A stretch of 63,745 bases of DNA, filler included, from Phoronis australis (GCA_002633005.1; 7 parts of 7 records of this genome joined end to end with filler, not necessarily neighbours in it); one strand, 5' to 3'. Shown: positions 39,086 through 53,300, counted from the whole stretch's first letter. The notes: generated from the sequence alone by a model not told the origin. Translations and numbers: made by a program.

Positions 39086-39463
39086 GTAAGTAAACGTGTT
39101 AGATCTTACATATAAAGCTCAGTTGTGTTTCTAAAGCTGATAAACACAACCGAAAGATATGTTCCTTTGATATCAAATTATCCCAAGCCCTTTAGACCTT
39201 TATACAGCACAGACTTTATTGGAATCTCTAAGCTTTTATCATGAAGTTTAAGGAATAAAAAGCAGCCCCTTTTGAGTGTAAATTTGTCTAGCAATCTATC
39301 TGCTTTATACAACGAAGTTTGCGATGCCTGTGTTAGATGTCGGCTATGCTAGCTCAGAATATGTTTATAGCCTTTGCACTTTGCAACTTTATATTTATGA
39401 GCAATATGAACTGGAAAGAACTATTTGCTTACATGTACATTGTACATCTACGATCAACTTTAG

Positions 39464-39958
39464 GATACATCAGTCGCTGTCTGGACACAGTTTGCGTATT
39501 GGAGAGGGGGCCTTTGGAGAAGTGTACCGCGGAGAACTCCATTTGGAAGACGGTAGCATTCGCACTGTGTGTGCGAAGAAGTATTCCAGCAGCCCCCTCG
39601 ATTTCTCTTTGCAAGAGTATTACATCACCAAGTTGTTAGAATCCACGGGAGTCACTCCTAAACTCTTCGGCCTGTTGCCACTTCGACGTCCCGACTCATA
39701 TGCTCTCGTGATGGAGTTTCTGGCCGAAGGCAAGACTTTGTGGTACTTTGTAGACCACTCTCTGGATGAACCTGTACATGTCCACTTGTGTGTCAAAATA
39801 CTCATGAAAATAGTTGATGGTTTACAGCGAGTCCATGACGTTGACGTACTTTATAACGACTTGAAATCAGACAACGTTCTTGTGGACGTGTTTTCACAAA
39901 GAGATGCCGACGTTTTCTTAATTGACTTTGGCCTTGGAACAGTCAATGAGGGGAGACA
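39464..39958 (+). CDS. Protein kinase catalytic exon (subdomains I-VII)
   Basis: IGEGAFGEVY, VCAK, LVMEF, YNDLKSDN, IDFG; tag/gtaagt boundaries. Confidence 0.93.
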
Positions 39959-40615
39959 GTAAGTGATCTACTTGTCCCATGGCATAACTATGTAAATAGA
40001 TTAGTGTCTCTTTTAGTCTTAAGTGGGCTGTCCGGCGTAGCTAAAAGCAAGCGGTTTAAAAAATAATAAGTGTCGCAGTCTCAAAATGTCAGAATTTGCA
40101 TCATCCTGTGTGGTGAAATCGTTCAGTTGCTTACAATAGGCATTGTGCAAGTAATGAATCCGTAGTAATCTGGCAACAAATGCTATTTACTATTCTAACA
40201 GCGTGTGCGATAGCCTGGTCGTACTGCAAGCGTACTGCAGGCCTTCATACATAATTAGTTATAAGACCATATTTTGGCGAACAGGTGCTGCTTGGCGTAG
40301 TTTTATGCCTGCACTCATACATGTACGTGTACTAATGTTACGGGATAGAAAACGCGAGATGAGCGGAGGAGCACACATCTTGCCTTGGATTTGAAATTGC
40401 AGCGATACTTACTCTGCCAAACCTCAGTGCCCCAAATTATTTCAGTCTTTTAAGGACTAAATCCTGCACTTGATAGAAGTTCTAAATCTCGTCATTATGT
40501 CAAGATGTCAAACACTTTGAGTTGATTCCTATACTGTACACAAAGATAGTTTGCTGACTTATAACGTAGTCTGCTTTCTCGTTTATGTGAAGTATTAATA
40601 ATTCATCTGTTGCAG

Positions 40616-40713
40616 TTTCAATCACTCTTTTTCTCCGCCATCGGCCTTTTCCCATATCGCCCCTGAGGTGATTGCAGGGGAGAAAACCACCAAAGCGTCT
40701 GATGTGTATAGCC
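40616..40713 (+). CDS. Protein kinase exon (subdomains VIII-IX), cut by the spacer
   Basis: Phase-2 join gives HFNHSFSPPSAFSHIAPEVIAGEKTTKASDVYS. Confidence 0.9.
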
Positions 40714-40813
40714 NNNNNNNNNNNNNNNNNNNNNNNNNNNNNNNNNNNNNNNNNNNNTTAATTAATTAANNNNNNNNNNNNNNNNNNNNNNNNNNNNNNN
40801 NNNNNNNNNNNNN

Positions 40814-41455
40814 CGTGTCATCAGCATACTGAGTAAGTATAAATTCCTCATTTCCTATTTGAATGCCTTTAATTTCCCTATCTTGTTTCGTCATCATAGC
40901 TAATATTTCAGCACATAAAATAAAAACATACGGAGAAAGAGGATCACCTTGTCTACAGCCCCTGTGCAGAGTAAAACTTCTGGACAGGAAACCGTTTTGA
41001 ACAATGTATGACACGGGACAATTATAAAAGGTTTTAATCCAACGCTTAATTGAGGCCTTGAAATTATAAATATCCAAAACATTATTTATGAAGTTCCATG
41101 ACAAACTATCAAAAGCTTTTTTAAAATATATTTGTAATAACAGCCCTGGTATACCATTGTTTTTTACAGATACTCATAATATCATAGGTCAATCTTATGT
41201 TTTCAACCATACATCTCCCTTTTATAAATCCCGTCTGATCCCGGGAAATTATATATCCAAGTACCTTTTTTATTCGTCTAGCAATGCATCCGGTTGCCAA
41301 CTTGTAAACACTGTTGAGCAAAGTTATTGGTCTCCATTTTTTATGAATTTTTTAGCCTTATCTGGCCTTGGAATTAAAGTTAGGACCCCAGTTTGTTGTG
41401 TGTTTGACAATTCACTTTTTTCATAGCTTTCATTTATGTGTCTTAAAACAAAATA
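40814..41455 (-). mobile_element. L1/Tx1-like LINE reverse transcriptase fragment, decayed
   Basis: DQTGFIKGR...ENIR, RGCRQGDPLSPYVF, QYADDT; frameshifts. Confidence 0.9.
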
Positions 41456-42361
41456 AACTACAATTTTAATCTGTAACGTTTGGAGATGGTGAAATTTTGG
41501 TGTGCAGTTAGATCATGCTTTAGCTACTAGTAATCTAAAATAATTTCCCCTAGTCATTTTACAACCAGAATTGTGTTTATACTAGTGTTTTGCCCTGTTC
41601 ATCTCGCTAAAATATAAAATCCAATTAGGCCTTTATATACTCTCATAAAATCGGTCCTAATTCGATTTTCATTTTTAACCAATGACACACTGCAATATGG
41701 AGCGTCAAATAGTACATTTAATTGCTTTTAAAGTCTTATTTCTTTGTTCTACAATTGTTAATTTTGTTTTTTAGATAGATGAACACCCGTGTGTTGTTGA
41801 CTTTATTTTTCTCTTCCTAGGTCAAGATATTTTTACATTGAAACACTTTCTGAATGGGATTCTCCGCGAGTACGTTGGGCACTTGCCTCCAATTTCATAA
41901 GATTCTATTTGAATGTAAAATACATGTATACCATGTAAGCTGAGGATGACATGTAATGAGTATCTTGTACGGAATGTAATTTTGTCGTGGTAAAACTATG
42001 AGAAGACCGTTTTGTACTAATGCGTATACTTGCAAAATCTGTGCGATCCGACTCGGGTGAAAGCTTGACATTGGATGAGGCAGCAAAGAGCTGTGGTCTA
42101 GAAATCAGCGCTTCTCAGTGGCTGTACAGTACATGTTGCAATAACTGTTGTGGCCGCAATATGTGATTTTTCAGTGTCATTTTTGTTTCTACTCACTATG
42201 TTATCTTACCCAGGTGTTAGGGTTTCGGCTCCTGAACCACTTTTACAACAACGAATTCACATGATTAAATTGTTGAGGTTGTAATAGAAGGTTCACCTGA
42301 TCACGTGAAGCTAGAGGCTGTCATGTACAAACCACTGACTCGAGATCCTGTGCACAAAATG

Positions 42362-42760
42362 GCGTTGGTTTCACTACCGCTTAATTCACAGAATATTGCT
42401 AACCAATAATTATTTGCATAAAATTAAAATAAAAACAATTGATTTATGCTCTTTCTGTAATGAACACAGTGAAACTGTTTTCCATCTGTTTTGGGAATGT
42501 TGTCTTGTCTCCCGTTTCTGGAATCTGCGTACTGAGTGGTTAAAAAAACATGTAAATTTTCATCTGGACAAAATAATAGTATTTTGAGAAACACTCTGTC
42601 GAAAAACTGTTACATTAATCTGTTGCTCATACTATCAAATTATTCCATATTTAGCCAAAAGTTTGTTAAAAAATGTCAATTTCCAATTGTTCGTGAACTT
42701 TATTTAAGTTACAGCCTGAAGGAAATCCGATAGTTGTTGACTAGTGATTTAGTGTTATTG
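42362..42760 (+). mobile_element. LINE ORF2 C-terminal zinc-binding (zf-RVT) fragment
   Basis: LTNNYLHKIKI...CSFCNEHSETVFHLFWEC..V..FW. Confidence 0.8.
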
Positions 42761-43124
42761 TTTGTAAATGATGTATACTGTATTGTTGTGACATGTAATC
42801 ATCATGCTAGAGCATAATAAAAATATTAAAAAGTGAAAAAAATCTAAAACTAAAGATTCAGTTAATACGAGTGCTATGACATTATTTAAAATGACACATA
42901 AACACGTCTGAAACAATGTGATTAGAAAGGGAAATTGATAGAGAATATGCTGGCATATGCTTAAAAATAATAATGAAATAACCACGAATAAAAAGATTGA
43001 GAAAGGATAAGTTACATACCACCGCTTATCAGAGACCTTTGAAAATAACATATCTACATCTACATCTACAGTATACGTGGAAATAATTAAAGACTGCAAA
43101 ACTATAATGTAAAGCTTACTTACA

Positions 43125-43480
43125 TGTACTGTGAGAATGGAGAAATGTCATATGAGGCAATTTCTGTCTTTTAGAACGGCGGTTTTGAAAGCAGTAAGTG
43201 AAACTGACTGTTCAACTGTGACTGTGAGACCATTCCAGAGTTTACATGTAGGTCCTGTTATTGTAAAGGCCCTATACCCAAGGTCAGTTCTACAGTATAA
43301 TGTAGAGGTTGTACAAATTTCTTTCAGATCTTCGTTGACCTAGAGTATACAAATAGTAAATATTAACTGCGAATTTTGACGAATCTTTTTTTGGGCTTGA
43401 TATAGTTTATTAATTTGAACTAGTTTATTAAATCAATCAATTTTAATGTTCGGTACCTCTAAAATAAAGGAGTTGTATGT
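43125..43480 (-). mobile_element. CR1/L2-like LINE 3' remnant
   Basis: Minus frame LWNGLTVTVEQSVSLTAFKTAVLK resembles the CR1/L2 ORF2 end. Confidence 0.5.
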
Positions 43481-44814
43481 GCACAAAAAGAAAAAAGAAA
43501 AAAATTAGAAAATGAAAAAAAAACATTCCCAATTGCATAGCATTTGTAATTTCACAGTTTAGTTCTTAGTTTCTGTTTTGCAACTTAATGTATAATTTAT
43601 TTACTTTGTAAAGTTCACTGACAGTCTTCTCAAAAGCTACATGTATACAATGGAAGAGTCCTGTGACTGTATCTTTTTCAGCACTATATATTTTAAAGCT
43701 TCATTTTGAAGAAACCAATTGGCCATTCAATGAAATGTTGTCGAACTCAAATTCAGACTTGCCTATACTTATTTGTTACCTTCATTGCAACCCAGATTTC
43801 TGACGAGTCAGACTCAGATGAAGAACATACCATTGAAACCGACAGAAAGGTAAGTACACTCAATTGCTTAACATTTTAAGTCACCTAGTTGGTTATTTAT
43901 TAAATATATTTCATGCATACTCTTTGTAAGTTGACGGTAAAAGTAGTTGTACATTTCACGTGCGTGTTCTTTCAACTGTCAATTGTGAATTCTTAGACAA
44001 TTTTTTGTCGGTAGATAATGTTGATATTTCAAAGACTGCGAGTAGTTGCTACTTTGTCATCCGCTCAGTATCTCAAAAACACCGTGACGGTTCACCGACT
44101 TGTCATGAGCCCGGAATGAATCCACGAGGATCGCACTACTTGCCCGTCAACCGTGTAGGGCATTTAGTGCACCGTGTTTGTGAATAAAAAGCTGCGTTTT
44201 CGGTATGTATGGTTTTCCGTTACCGTGCTTAACAGCCGGGGAGCCATGTTTGTGATTTCCTCAGCTTTGCCGGACTGGTAAATCGTGTTTATGTGAGCGC
44301 GGCAACTGTGTTGTTCCGGTGGCATGTCCCTTCATGTTACGGTGGTCCATGACGGGGGCTCGGTGATGCATCATCTGCAACTGAGCATATGCTAGACCTA
44401 GCAGGAACTTTTTCTGATACCTTGCCGATCAATTTCGAATCCACCAGGAACGCAAACTATAAACCAGAACGCAACCATTCAAATTACATCTGAATCTTTC
44501 TTGTACCATGACAGAATGATATCCTTATAGAAGAAGACGAGACAATCCCTGGGGTTGGCAAATAATTACAGTACCAGAATGCCCTCAGTCTTGACGGGGT
44601 TGTCCAAACCTTCCAAGAACGAAATCCTCTGTAAAAGCCGCAGTTAGTATATGAAACAGTTAGAAAACCGTACTATTAGACATGATCGTCAAGTTCAACA
44701 TTTATTCTAAATTGCATTACAGCTAATAGAATGCGCATGTACAACTTAAATTACTTTATTCCATCGTAATCGACTGCCTTTAAAAAATCCGGTCAGAATA
44801 ACAGTCAAACAGTC

Positions 44815-47288
44815 TTATAGTTTTGTTGATTCTGTGACGCTCATCATCCTTGATTGTGAGCTCTTGCTAGTGGCACTCTGGCTGTCAGTGTCCAGCCCTC
44901 TCTTCTTGCACGACATTAATTTTACGTAACGTCTAAGTATACTTTCTTTCAAGACGTACGCAAGAAACATAAAGAGTCCTTGCAGCGAATTTAAGATTAT
45001 AAACAGATACCAAAACACCTGACTTCCGGTGAGAGCTGCCACATAACCAAAGATCCATGTAGCTCCCATAACAGTGGAAAGCTTAGCTGCAATCAACAAA
45101 ATGCGGCTATTCTCACGTTTGATTTTGAGTGTTTTACCAACATGACGATTTGATCGAATTAGCTGTACAACAGATATAACTATAAAAATGATATTAATGC
45201 AAATAAGAATTGCTAAAGGTAAAGCAAACGCGAAAAGAATAGCCTCGTTTCCAGAAATCCAACACCTTGTCTCGTCTGCGTAACGGAAGGGCACATCGGT
45301 TGCAAACTCCAAAATAATGCAAATCACTACAATTAATAAAGGGCACGTAACTGAAAATATGAAATATCTACGAATGGTATGCTCCGATCGGGGTCTAATT
45401 TGCCTTGCATTACAAAAAGTTTTAAAAATACAGAAGCACATAATGCTCATCCAAAAGAATGCGCATAGCCACAGGAAATGTTCAGCTATAGCCACAACTT
45501 TACACAGTGTAGGTATATTTATAGCACTTATGCTGACAAGCATTAGAAACTGCGCCATATACAGAGTCATAGCCAGGTTTATCATAATTTTTCCTGCTAG
45601 AGTTCGAAGTTCCTTGAAAAGTGCGTATGTCAGAAGAAATGACGCAAGACCACACAAACTGATAGTGCAGCCAACAATCGATAGTATGTGATGTGCTTGA
45701 CTGTATTCGTAAGATCGAATCCTTAGCGTATTGTTGAATGAATTGCAAACGTACAACAAGTTATCTCGGATTAAGTATTCGCCTGGGTGAAACGATAGTC
45801 CTGAAGAATTTATATGTACAATGTTGTCTCTCACTTCATATTCATCTACTGTGTATGACGTCATAGGGCAGGGCAGAGATGTGTTCACACATAAATGAAC
45901 AGCAATGTCAAAACTTCTGTTGACTTGAGGAATACTTGGCGCTTTATCACTGAATTCCAGTAAAACGTCACTGTATCTAAGTGATTTCTCGTGATAAGAG
46001 AACGTAGCATTCAGGTAGTGGCTGCCATTACTGGAGTTGATGTTTTCAGTGTACGTTGAGATAGAAATTCTTTCCCTACTGCAGTTTGTCTGGAACACGT
46101 ATTCTAGTCCACACATTGCGTTTACCGAACGAAATTCTACGAACTCATTAACATCCTGTGACTGAAGTAAGTTTCGTAGTAAATTTTCTACAAGACTAAA
46201 TCTTGGGACATTAAAAGTGGCAAATGCAATGTTAACTTCGGAAAAATTGCGGGAATATGTAACATTAGCAGAGGTTGGCAAAGCGTTCATGAATAGCAGT
46301 TTCAGTTCTCTTTCCGTTTCGTTAGTTGATATCTGCAAACGAATTTTGACTTGAACGATGTTTGTCTGATTTGGTTTTAGGTTAACATGGTTTTGTGGAG
46401 GAGGGTAAACTAGTGGTCGGCATTTGCTCGCCACCTCATCGTAGACCTGTTTCGTGGAACAAGGAACTTTGTTAATTGCTGTTGAAAGGTCTTTGCTTAA
46501 ACCTGTGAAATCTATCAATTGTGCAAAACTCACTGGAGTTGATATGCTATGTCGGATGTCTATACAGGTAAAATCATAGTTAGTGCATTTCGCGCAGTGC
46601 CGGTTGGCGTAGATTTGCAGACCAACATTCGTACGGGCAATAACAGGGGAGAAATATGACGCGCACTTTACTGCTGATTTTGGGCAGCGTTTGACTGCTT
46701 CGGCAATAGGTACCACCGATATATCACACTCGTGGACGAAACGGGGCGCTTTAAATATCAATTCCATATCGCTTGAATTCCTGACAGCTTGGAGCAGGGC
46801 AAGGCCGGTCAGGTTTTGTACAGTTTTATCGATCAGTTTGGATCCGTCAACATCACCTTGACGAATCACGTGGTCAGGAACATTTACCATAGCTATCCAG
46901 AAATTCTCATCTTCTAGTATTTGTGACACGTTTACTCGATGACAGACCGCACAGTATATATTCCTGAAAGAATAAAACCTGCCGTCTTCCAATCGTCCAT
47001 TCACTGGCAGATGCCCAATAACGCTGCTATCTCTTGTGTTTTCGCATTTTCTTTTGATATCTTCATCAGGAAAAGCACTTAGACAGCGGGAAATGACCCA
47101 CGTACCCGCTTTTTTCTGATTATCTATTCTTATACATCTGGCGTACGGCTTGATTGATTTGATTGCTGTCGTGCTGGGTTTATGATCACGACAGCAGTCT
47201 TGGAGGTCAGCGCAGAACACGTCACAGTAACATGCCCCTACATTAGTCGATTGATCACGAACTTTGTCACAGGTAAGGCCACAATTGT
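44815..47288 (-). CDS. Secretin/adhesion-like (Methuselah-like) GPCR, large terminal exon: SMB-like domain, Cys-rich ectodomain, 7TM
   Basis: CYCDVFCADLQDCCRD (somatomedin B-like); ELRTLAGKIMINL, CKVVAIAEHFLWLCAFFWM, CWI, MGATWIFG, FIILNSLQGLFMF (family-B 7TM); ttttcag acceptor at 47289. Confidence 0.93.
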
Positions 47289-47667
47289 CTGAAAAAGACC
47301 CACAAACATTTTATGAAACCAAACGATCACATTTTTGGCTGACTTCAGTTCCCGGCGTTCCTTTGGGACAAACAGTCTACTGCAACAGAAAAGTAGACAT
47401 ATAGTGATATATTTTTAAAAGTTTAACCACTGAACATAAATAAATCTTCAATCATTATTAAAATTTTGCTAAGTTTTAGATACACCTCACCGTATCCGTT
47501 TCAACTGCTAAAATTTCTCACCGCAGGTGTTTCGCGAGTTCCTTGCGTCTACGGAACTCATCCCAGTCCCAGTTGTTATATGTTTGCAAATGTTCTGTGC
47601 CGAAACGCTGAGTTTATCACATCAAATCTATGGCCATAAATTGGCCATAGCTATCTTTCACACTTAC

Positions 47668-47814
47668 ATGTATTGTCGCAGCCTTGTTCATCTGAGTTAT
47701 CCCCGCAATCGTTCACGTAGTCGCATATTTGGTGTTTAGCGATAGTCCTGTTTGTCTTACAGACTGTTGCTGTGCGTGGTTGCCGTAGTTTCGTTAATAT
47801 CTCAGTACTAATGT
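47668..47814 (-). CDS. LDL-receptor class A repeat exon of the GPCR
   Basis: CKTNRTIAKHQICDYVNDCGDNSDEQGC; ttgcag/gtaagt boundaries; phase 1 joins the large exon in frame. Confidence 0.85.
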
Positions 47815-48475
47815 CTGCAATAAAATCAGTGTTGAAACAGAAAATCAGTGTTTGTAACTCCTCACTAACCCTTCCTAAGGTCATGAGTTAATTTGTTCCA
47901 TAAGCGCTGAATTAGTCGAGTGCAATACGGCCATGTGATGTTGTTTAACGTATTCCCTTCCCGCTCTACTTCAACAGTGCCTTCTGACAGTGATCTAGAA
48001 AGTTCAAAAGGTAGGTGAATGTAGATCTGACGTCGTTAAGCGGTTCAATCGTCAAACTTGTCCAAAATAGTTTATAGTAATACCATTGCAACAGTATAAA
48101 TGACACCCAGCATGCATCCTCAATTACATAACACTTCTGTCCCTGTTTTCGATCGCTAAATATTATTTCCTATTTAACTCAGGCACCGATTCCTAAGTAC
48201 AGTAACTACAATTTGAACTGTTGTTTTTAATTATTTTTAGGAAATTTTACAAGTTCAATACACAATTGCCACTGCTTTCATCTGTGTTATCTCTTTTCGA
48301 CTAACAAATCGTTACATTTAAAACTGTAATTTTCTGTTAAAAGTTGTAACCTAACACACAAGTACATACACATACATGTAGGATGTGATCCGCCACGTGA
48401 ACAATTTTGGTGAAGTATTGAAAAAATCTGCCGAAAAAATGGAGAGAATAGAAATTCAAAGCTTATGGAACAACT

Positions 48476-48623
48476 ACAAAACGTACCTCGATTGGCGTAG
48501 ATGATGAATTGTACCACGAGACATTATTCCGCGTATCGACCGAGGCCTAAGGTCAAGGTCGATACGCCGAATAATGTCACGTGGGGTAATAATGCCTCAT
48601 CTGCACCACCCGGTACGTTTTGT
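48476..48623. mobile_element. Short palindromic non-autonomous element
   Basis: ACAAAACGTACC / GGTACGTTTTGT ends and GACATTATTCCGCGTATCGACC / GGTCGATACGCCGAATAATGTC inner arms. Confidence 0.65.
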
Positions 48624-49001
48624 GTGTGTGTGTGCGTGTGTCTGTACATTTCGAACTAGCAGTGAACTAGCATTGATGAACAGCAAGAAGGATTAAGTTT
48701 TGTGCGTTACGTGGAAGCAATGAGCTATACCAGATAGCTCATTGGTGGAAGATATCTCGACTGCACTTAAAGTGCTCGTGCACTTTTACTCTGGTAAAAG
48801 CGCTCTCAGCGTAGAGGTCGAAACGTGTGTACTGCGGTGGGGGTTATTGAGAAAATGGACCGTGTCCATCTGGAAGGTAGCAACAAAGTTTCCTTACAGG
48901 TAAATGGGAGTGTACATGTTTCAATTTTTAAAATTGAAATAGATTTGCAATACCTAAACTACGTGTTTTGTGTGTAATCTGGTAGTAGTCCTTCGTTTAC
49001 A

Positions 49002-50362
49002 CAGACTTCGTTAAAGACACGGTACGACTAAACTCTTTGTAAGCGAGCTTGATGCTGGTACGTTCGTAATTTCGGAATAGTCTCCTTTCTTCTGGTGCTC
49101 AGGTATTAAATAAAACACCGAGAAACATAACAAACAAAGGCAGCAGCTATATTTCGTGACTTCATTTCAAATCATCAGCCAATGATTGGAATGAACATAT
49201 ACATAGCGACATAAACAGTGGAATGTGCGTGACAGCGGGAAGAGGGTCATAAAAGCAGAGAGTGTGAATGCAACACACGGTAGAAAGCCCGTAACCCTAT
49301 CGAAACACACCTGTGAGCTGTTCATTCAACACAGATTTTTCGTGACTGATCAACAGCAATTCCAAAATCTTTAGCAGAAAAATGTCATTTTCATGTAGCG
49401 AATGATAGTTTTGTCTACTAGTGCGTACCTAGTTATTTTTCGGCCATGTTGGTGTACAAAGTGATCTTGAATGGACCTCCCTGCTGGAACATGGACAACC
49501 GTCGCAAGAGAGAACACACCGTATGTCCAAGGAAGCGCTGAGGACGAAGACATTCGTCCATGTGACATGTGAATGGGTAAACAACATTACATTTGGCAAC
49601 TGGTCGTAATCTTTCACGACTTGGGTTATTTGTCATGACAAGGTGATGTGACTTTATATCCTGATAATAGCTGACTACATTCAATGTATCACCAGGTTTG
49701 ACCATCTTAACGTTTTTCCCTTTACGGTCTTGTTAAGCATGTGTTCGTCACTCAGATAACTTTTAGACAGTAACGAAAAACCTGTGTTGAATTAACAGCT
49801 CACAGGTGTGAATCGCACGCTGGCTCTGTTTCGATGGGGTTGCGGGCTTTGGCGATTCAAAAACTAAACATGATCAGCATTTGGAGAGGATTTCAGAAAT
49901 GCTATTGGTTAAGGTTCAAATAACTTAACTTTTATTTTTAACAGCACAGCCCAGTCAGGGTAGATACGATCTTATTGGAGATTAGAGCAATTATAGAACA
50001 AAAGAGAGCTGGCCCTCCAACTGTAATTACCAGAATGGAGTTAATCAGTCGTGTAAGATATTGGCTACAGGGGTCACCTTCCCAACTTGTTGTAGAATCG
50101 AACAAGTTGGGAGCAACGTGAAAACGCCGTAATGTTTCACTTTTTACTTCGCTATGTATATGTTAATTCCAATCATTGGCTGATGATGTGACATGAAGTC
50201 ACGAAATATAGCAAGCTTTTATTTGTTTGTCTGTTACTTCTCTGGGTGTTTTACTTCATACCTGCACACAAGAAAAAAGAGACTGTTCCGAAATTGCGAA
50301 CGTACCCGTATCAAGCTTGCTAACTACTGTAAAAGTCTAGTAGTGTCTGTAACGAAGTTTGT
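49002..50362. mobile_element. Foldback-like element with long imperfect inverted arms
   Basis: About 49002-49225 is inverted at 50135-50362 and about 49284-49348 at 49768-49850; unique core at about 49350-49767. Confidence 0.7.
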
Positions 50363-53300
50363 TTTAAGCTACATGCTAATGGATGTTTCGAGCATTAAAG
50401 CCGTGCTTCTGTCAAAGAGTGTTTATTTTGGCCACTTGCCGTTTAGATTTTGCCTTATCTTGTTCCTTGTTTAGTTTAGAAAATAACTCCGGGACCGGGA
50501 AGTACTGACACACGTTTCTATCTTCACACCAAGCTGATATAAGCTTCAAAGTCATGCCGTGGCTTAATGTAGGTCAATTAATAACTTTACCCATAATATC
50601 GTCAGAGGTTACATTGTCACTTACTGTTTCCAATTGCAACCGTTGAAGATAAGGCAATAACACACAGTAATGCACTCGTTGATGGAAAGACTGACCAGCA
50701 ACACATTCTCTCCCTGTAACATGATTTTATGATTACAAGCAACTCACCAACGTGTATAATATTTGAAATTACAATGCACATACCTTCCCTAATAATATCG
50801 TTATTGCCCGTACTTTGCCAACAATCAAGTCAACGATTTATCATTTAAGACGATTCGACGCAGTTTTTATTAATCGTGTGATTTTTTTATGTTTTGGTCT
50901 TTGCCAGCTACTAATTCATTTCTACGTAGAAGCCGTGCGTAAACAGAGCACCTAGGACGTAAATGGGAAAGTTGCATTCGCTACTAAAAACCCTTCTCTG
51001 ATAAAGTTAATGATCGAAATTGTTTTGAAAACGGACAAATTTCGATGCATAGTTGAAGTTTCAACAGTTAAATCATATTTTCTCGTTTACCAATTTTCTT
51101 GCTTTTGTGTTAGTGAAGGGTTTTTCTCGTACAATGTACTTGTCCCTCAAATCTTGGCGTCATCATTATTACCAATATAGTCAGCCGGCCGAAGCTCGAT
51201 AAGTAGTCTAAATATAATATTGATGGCGAAGTCATGTTGGAATCAAGATATCAAGATTGTCCAAAACTGTCATTGATTTACATAATTTGGGAGTTGCCAA
51301 GCTCAAAATTGAGAATTAACAAAATGGTTAAAAATTATCCAAGTTTTGGTAAAAATATGACAATTCTGAATGATAATGTACAGATGACATACTAAATTTC
51401 GGTGAAGAACTCAATTCATACCGATCAAAGGTACTCCCTATTGTAAACCTGCATTTGATAACACGGTTTGCACCTTGTACACCCATTGTTCATATTCTTA
51501 GAATGTTAAACAAAGAGTAGTATTCAGCGTAACTCTAATCGTCTCACGATGTACATTGTAACTAAACTTGGTTGTTTTTTGTTAAACTCTGTGAGGTAAC
51601 TACCATAACCATTTGGGCCTTTGAGGAGTAACTAGTCCGCATAATGGCTTAGAATTTTACCGAAAGTTGTAAATCATTGGTGTCGTTCACAAGCAATAGG
51701 CCTTTTGAAATTGACGTACAAGGTTGGTGAAGCAGTTTTCTTTTTGTGAAGCCTGCCCACGGTGACCTGTATAAGTACATGTAAAGACCACTCAAAAAGC
51801 ATGCCATCAGAAATGATTTATTTTGCATATTATACATGTACCAATTCTTCTTTCAATTGCTTTACCTTGCAGCAGGCGGAGGTATTAAGATTAACTTGTG
51901 GCGTCATTACACTCTCACAGTGCTACGAAAGGTAACACTGTGAAATGTTTTTTAACATAACTTCTCATTGGTTAAAGTAATGAAACCAACGTTATAACAT
52001 TTAGTCATCCCCATTGGTTGAATTCTGAGAAACCCCTTTCAGTTTGCTGTTACATGTACAGTACGTTGTATTGCGACCACCTCTTACTTGAATAGTTGCA
52101 ATTTATTAAAACGAGCAGTGATCGAAGTACACAAAACCAAGGAAACCCCGATCCAGTGGCTTAAACCCACAGAAGTACAGTCCATAAGGGCGTGTACACG
52201 TGGTGGCGATGCGATCGGTATACTTCCAATTGGGCATGCTCATTGATACTCACTCTCGGAATTCCGTGTGTCGTTCATCATGTTGCCACATGGCCACTTT
52301 TCAGTATAGGTGGCGCTGTGTCAGAGTGTAGTGGCATCATCAGATCTAAACAGTCTGTGTGCTGTTTACTACTGGGCATTTATCGGTAAAGCATTATTCC
52401 TTGACTTCATCGGTTCACACCAATAAATCATTCAACTTCAATGCAGAGCATTTAGATACTTGGAACTTTCAACTAAAACGGTTGATTGATTTTACAATTT
52501 CTGATTTATATAAATTTGAACTTCCCGGCCAAGATCGACTGCGGAGTTTAAACGTGTCTGTTCGATGATAAATTTCACGATTCTTTCGCGAAATAAAAAC
52601 TTCCTCACCATGAGCAGCAGTTTTAACACATGCTCATAGTTCCGCACTAAGCAAACGAAGCGCACTTTACCATACACTCGGTCGGGTGCCGTTCATGCTC
52701 GGCGAGAATGATCGGGGCGCACCGGTTCAGCTGGTTCCATGCGAAGTTTCTGAACATACTTGCACGCACGAGCTCTCAAAAACATTACCAGCAACCAGAC
52801 TTTGATATAATGTTTGAATTTCACAACAGTGTCAGGGTTTATAGTCCTGGCTGAGTTAAGTACCCCCTTTGAGATTTGATTAGTCCAGCCCGGGATGCCT
52901 TTTACATTTTTTTGCAGATTCAAGGAGTAGTTTAGAGAGTGGAAGAAAGAAAGTGAAGATTAAAACCTACATCAAATCCTATATACCGGCCATGTAATTT
53001 TAATTGTAGGCAAATAATGCATTTTCTGGGAACATTAAAAATTCAACGATCACGAATATACATGTCAGGCCATGTTCTTTTGTTTGAATATGAGGTCAAG
53101 GTATATCTTCGAATATGAAGCAAGTCACCTGTCATGATATGTACTATCGAAATTGATAATTAGTGTTAACTGAATGATACCATTTCATGAAAACATTATG
53201 TTGAATAATACATTCACGTGCAGTGGGACTAAAAAGGCCTTTCAATCAGAATAATTTGATTTCTAAGAAAATTTAAAATTGCATTGCGTTCTATTCGAAT

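Noticed and set aside
47522-47607. Extra GPCR exon between the LDLa exon and the large exon
   Set aside because: Available acceptors give stops or the wrong phase, and the LDLa exon already joins the large exon in frame.
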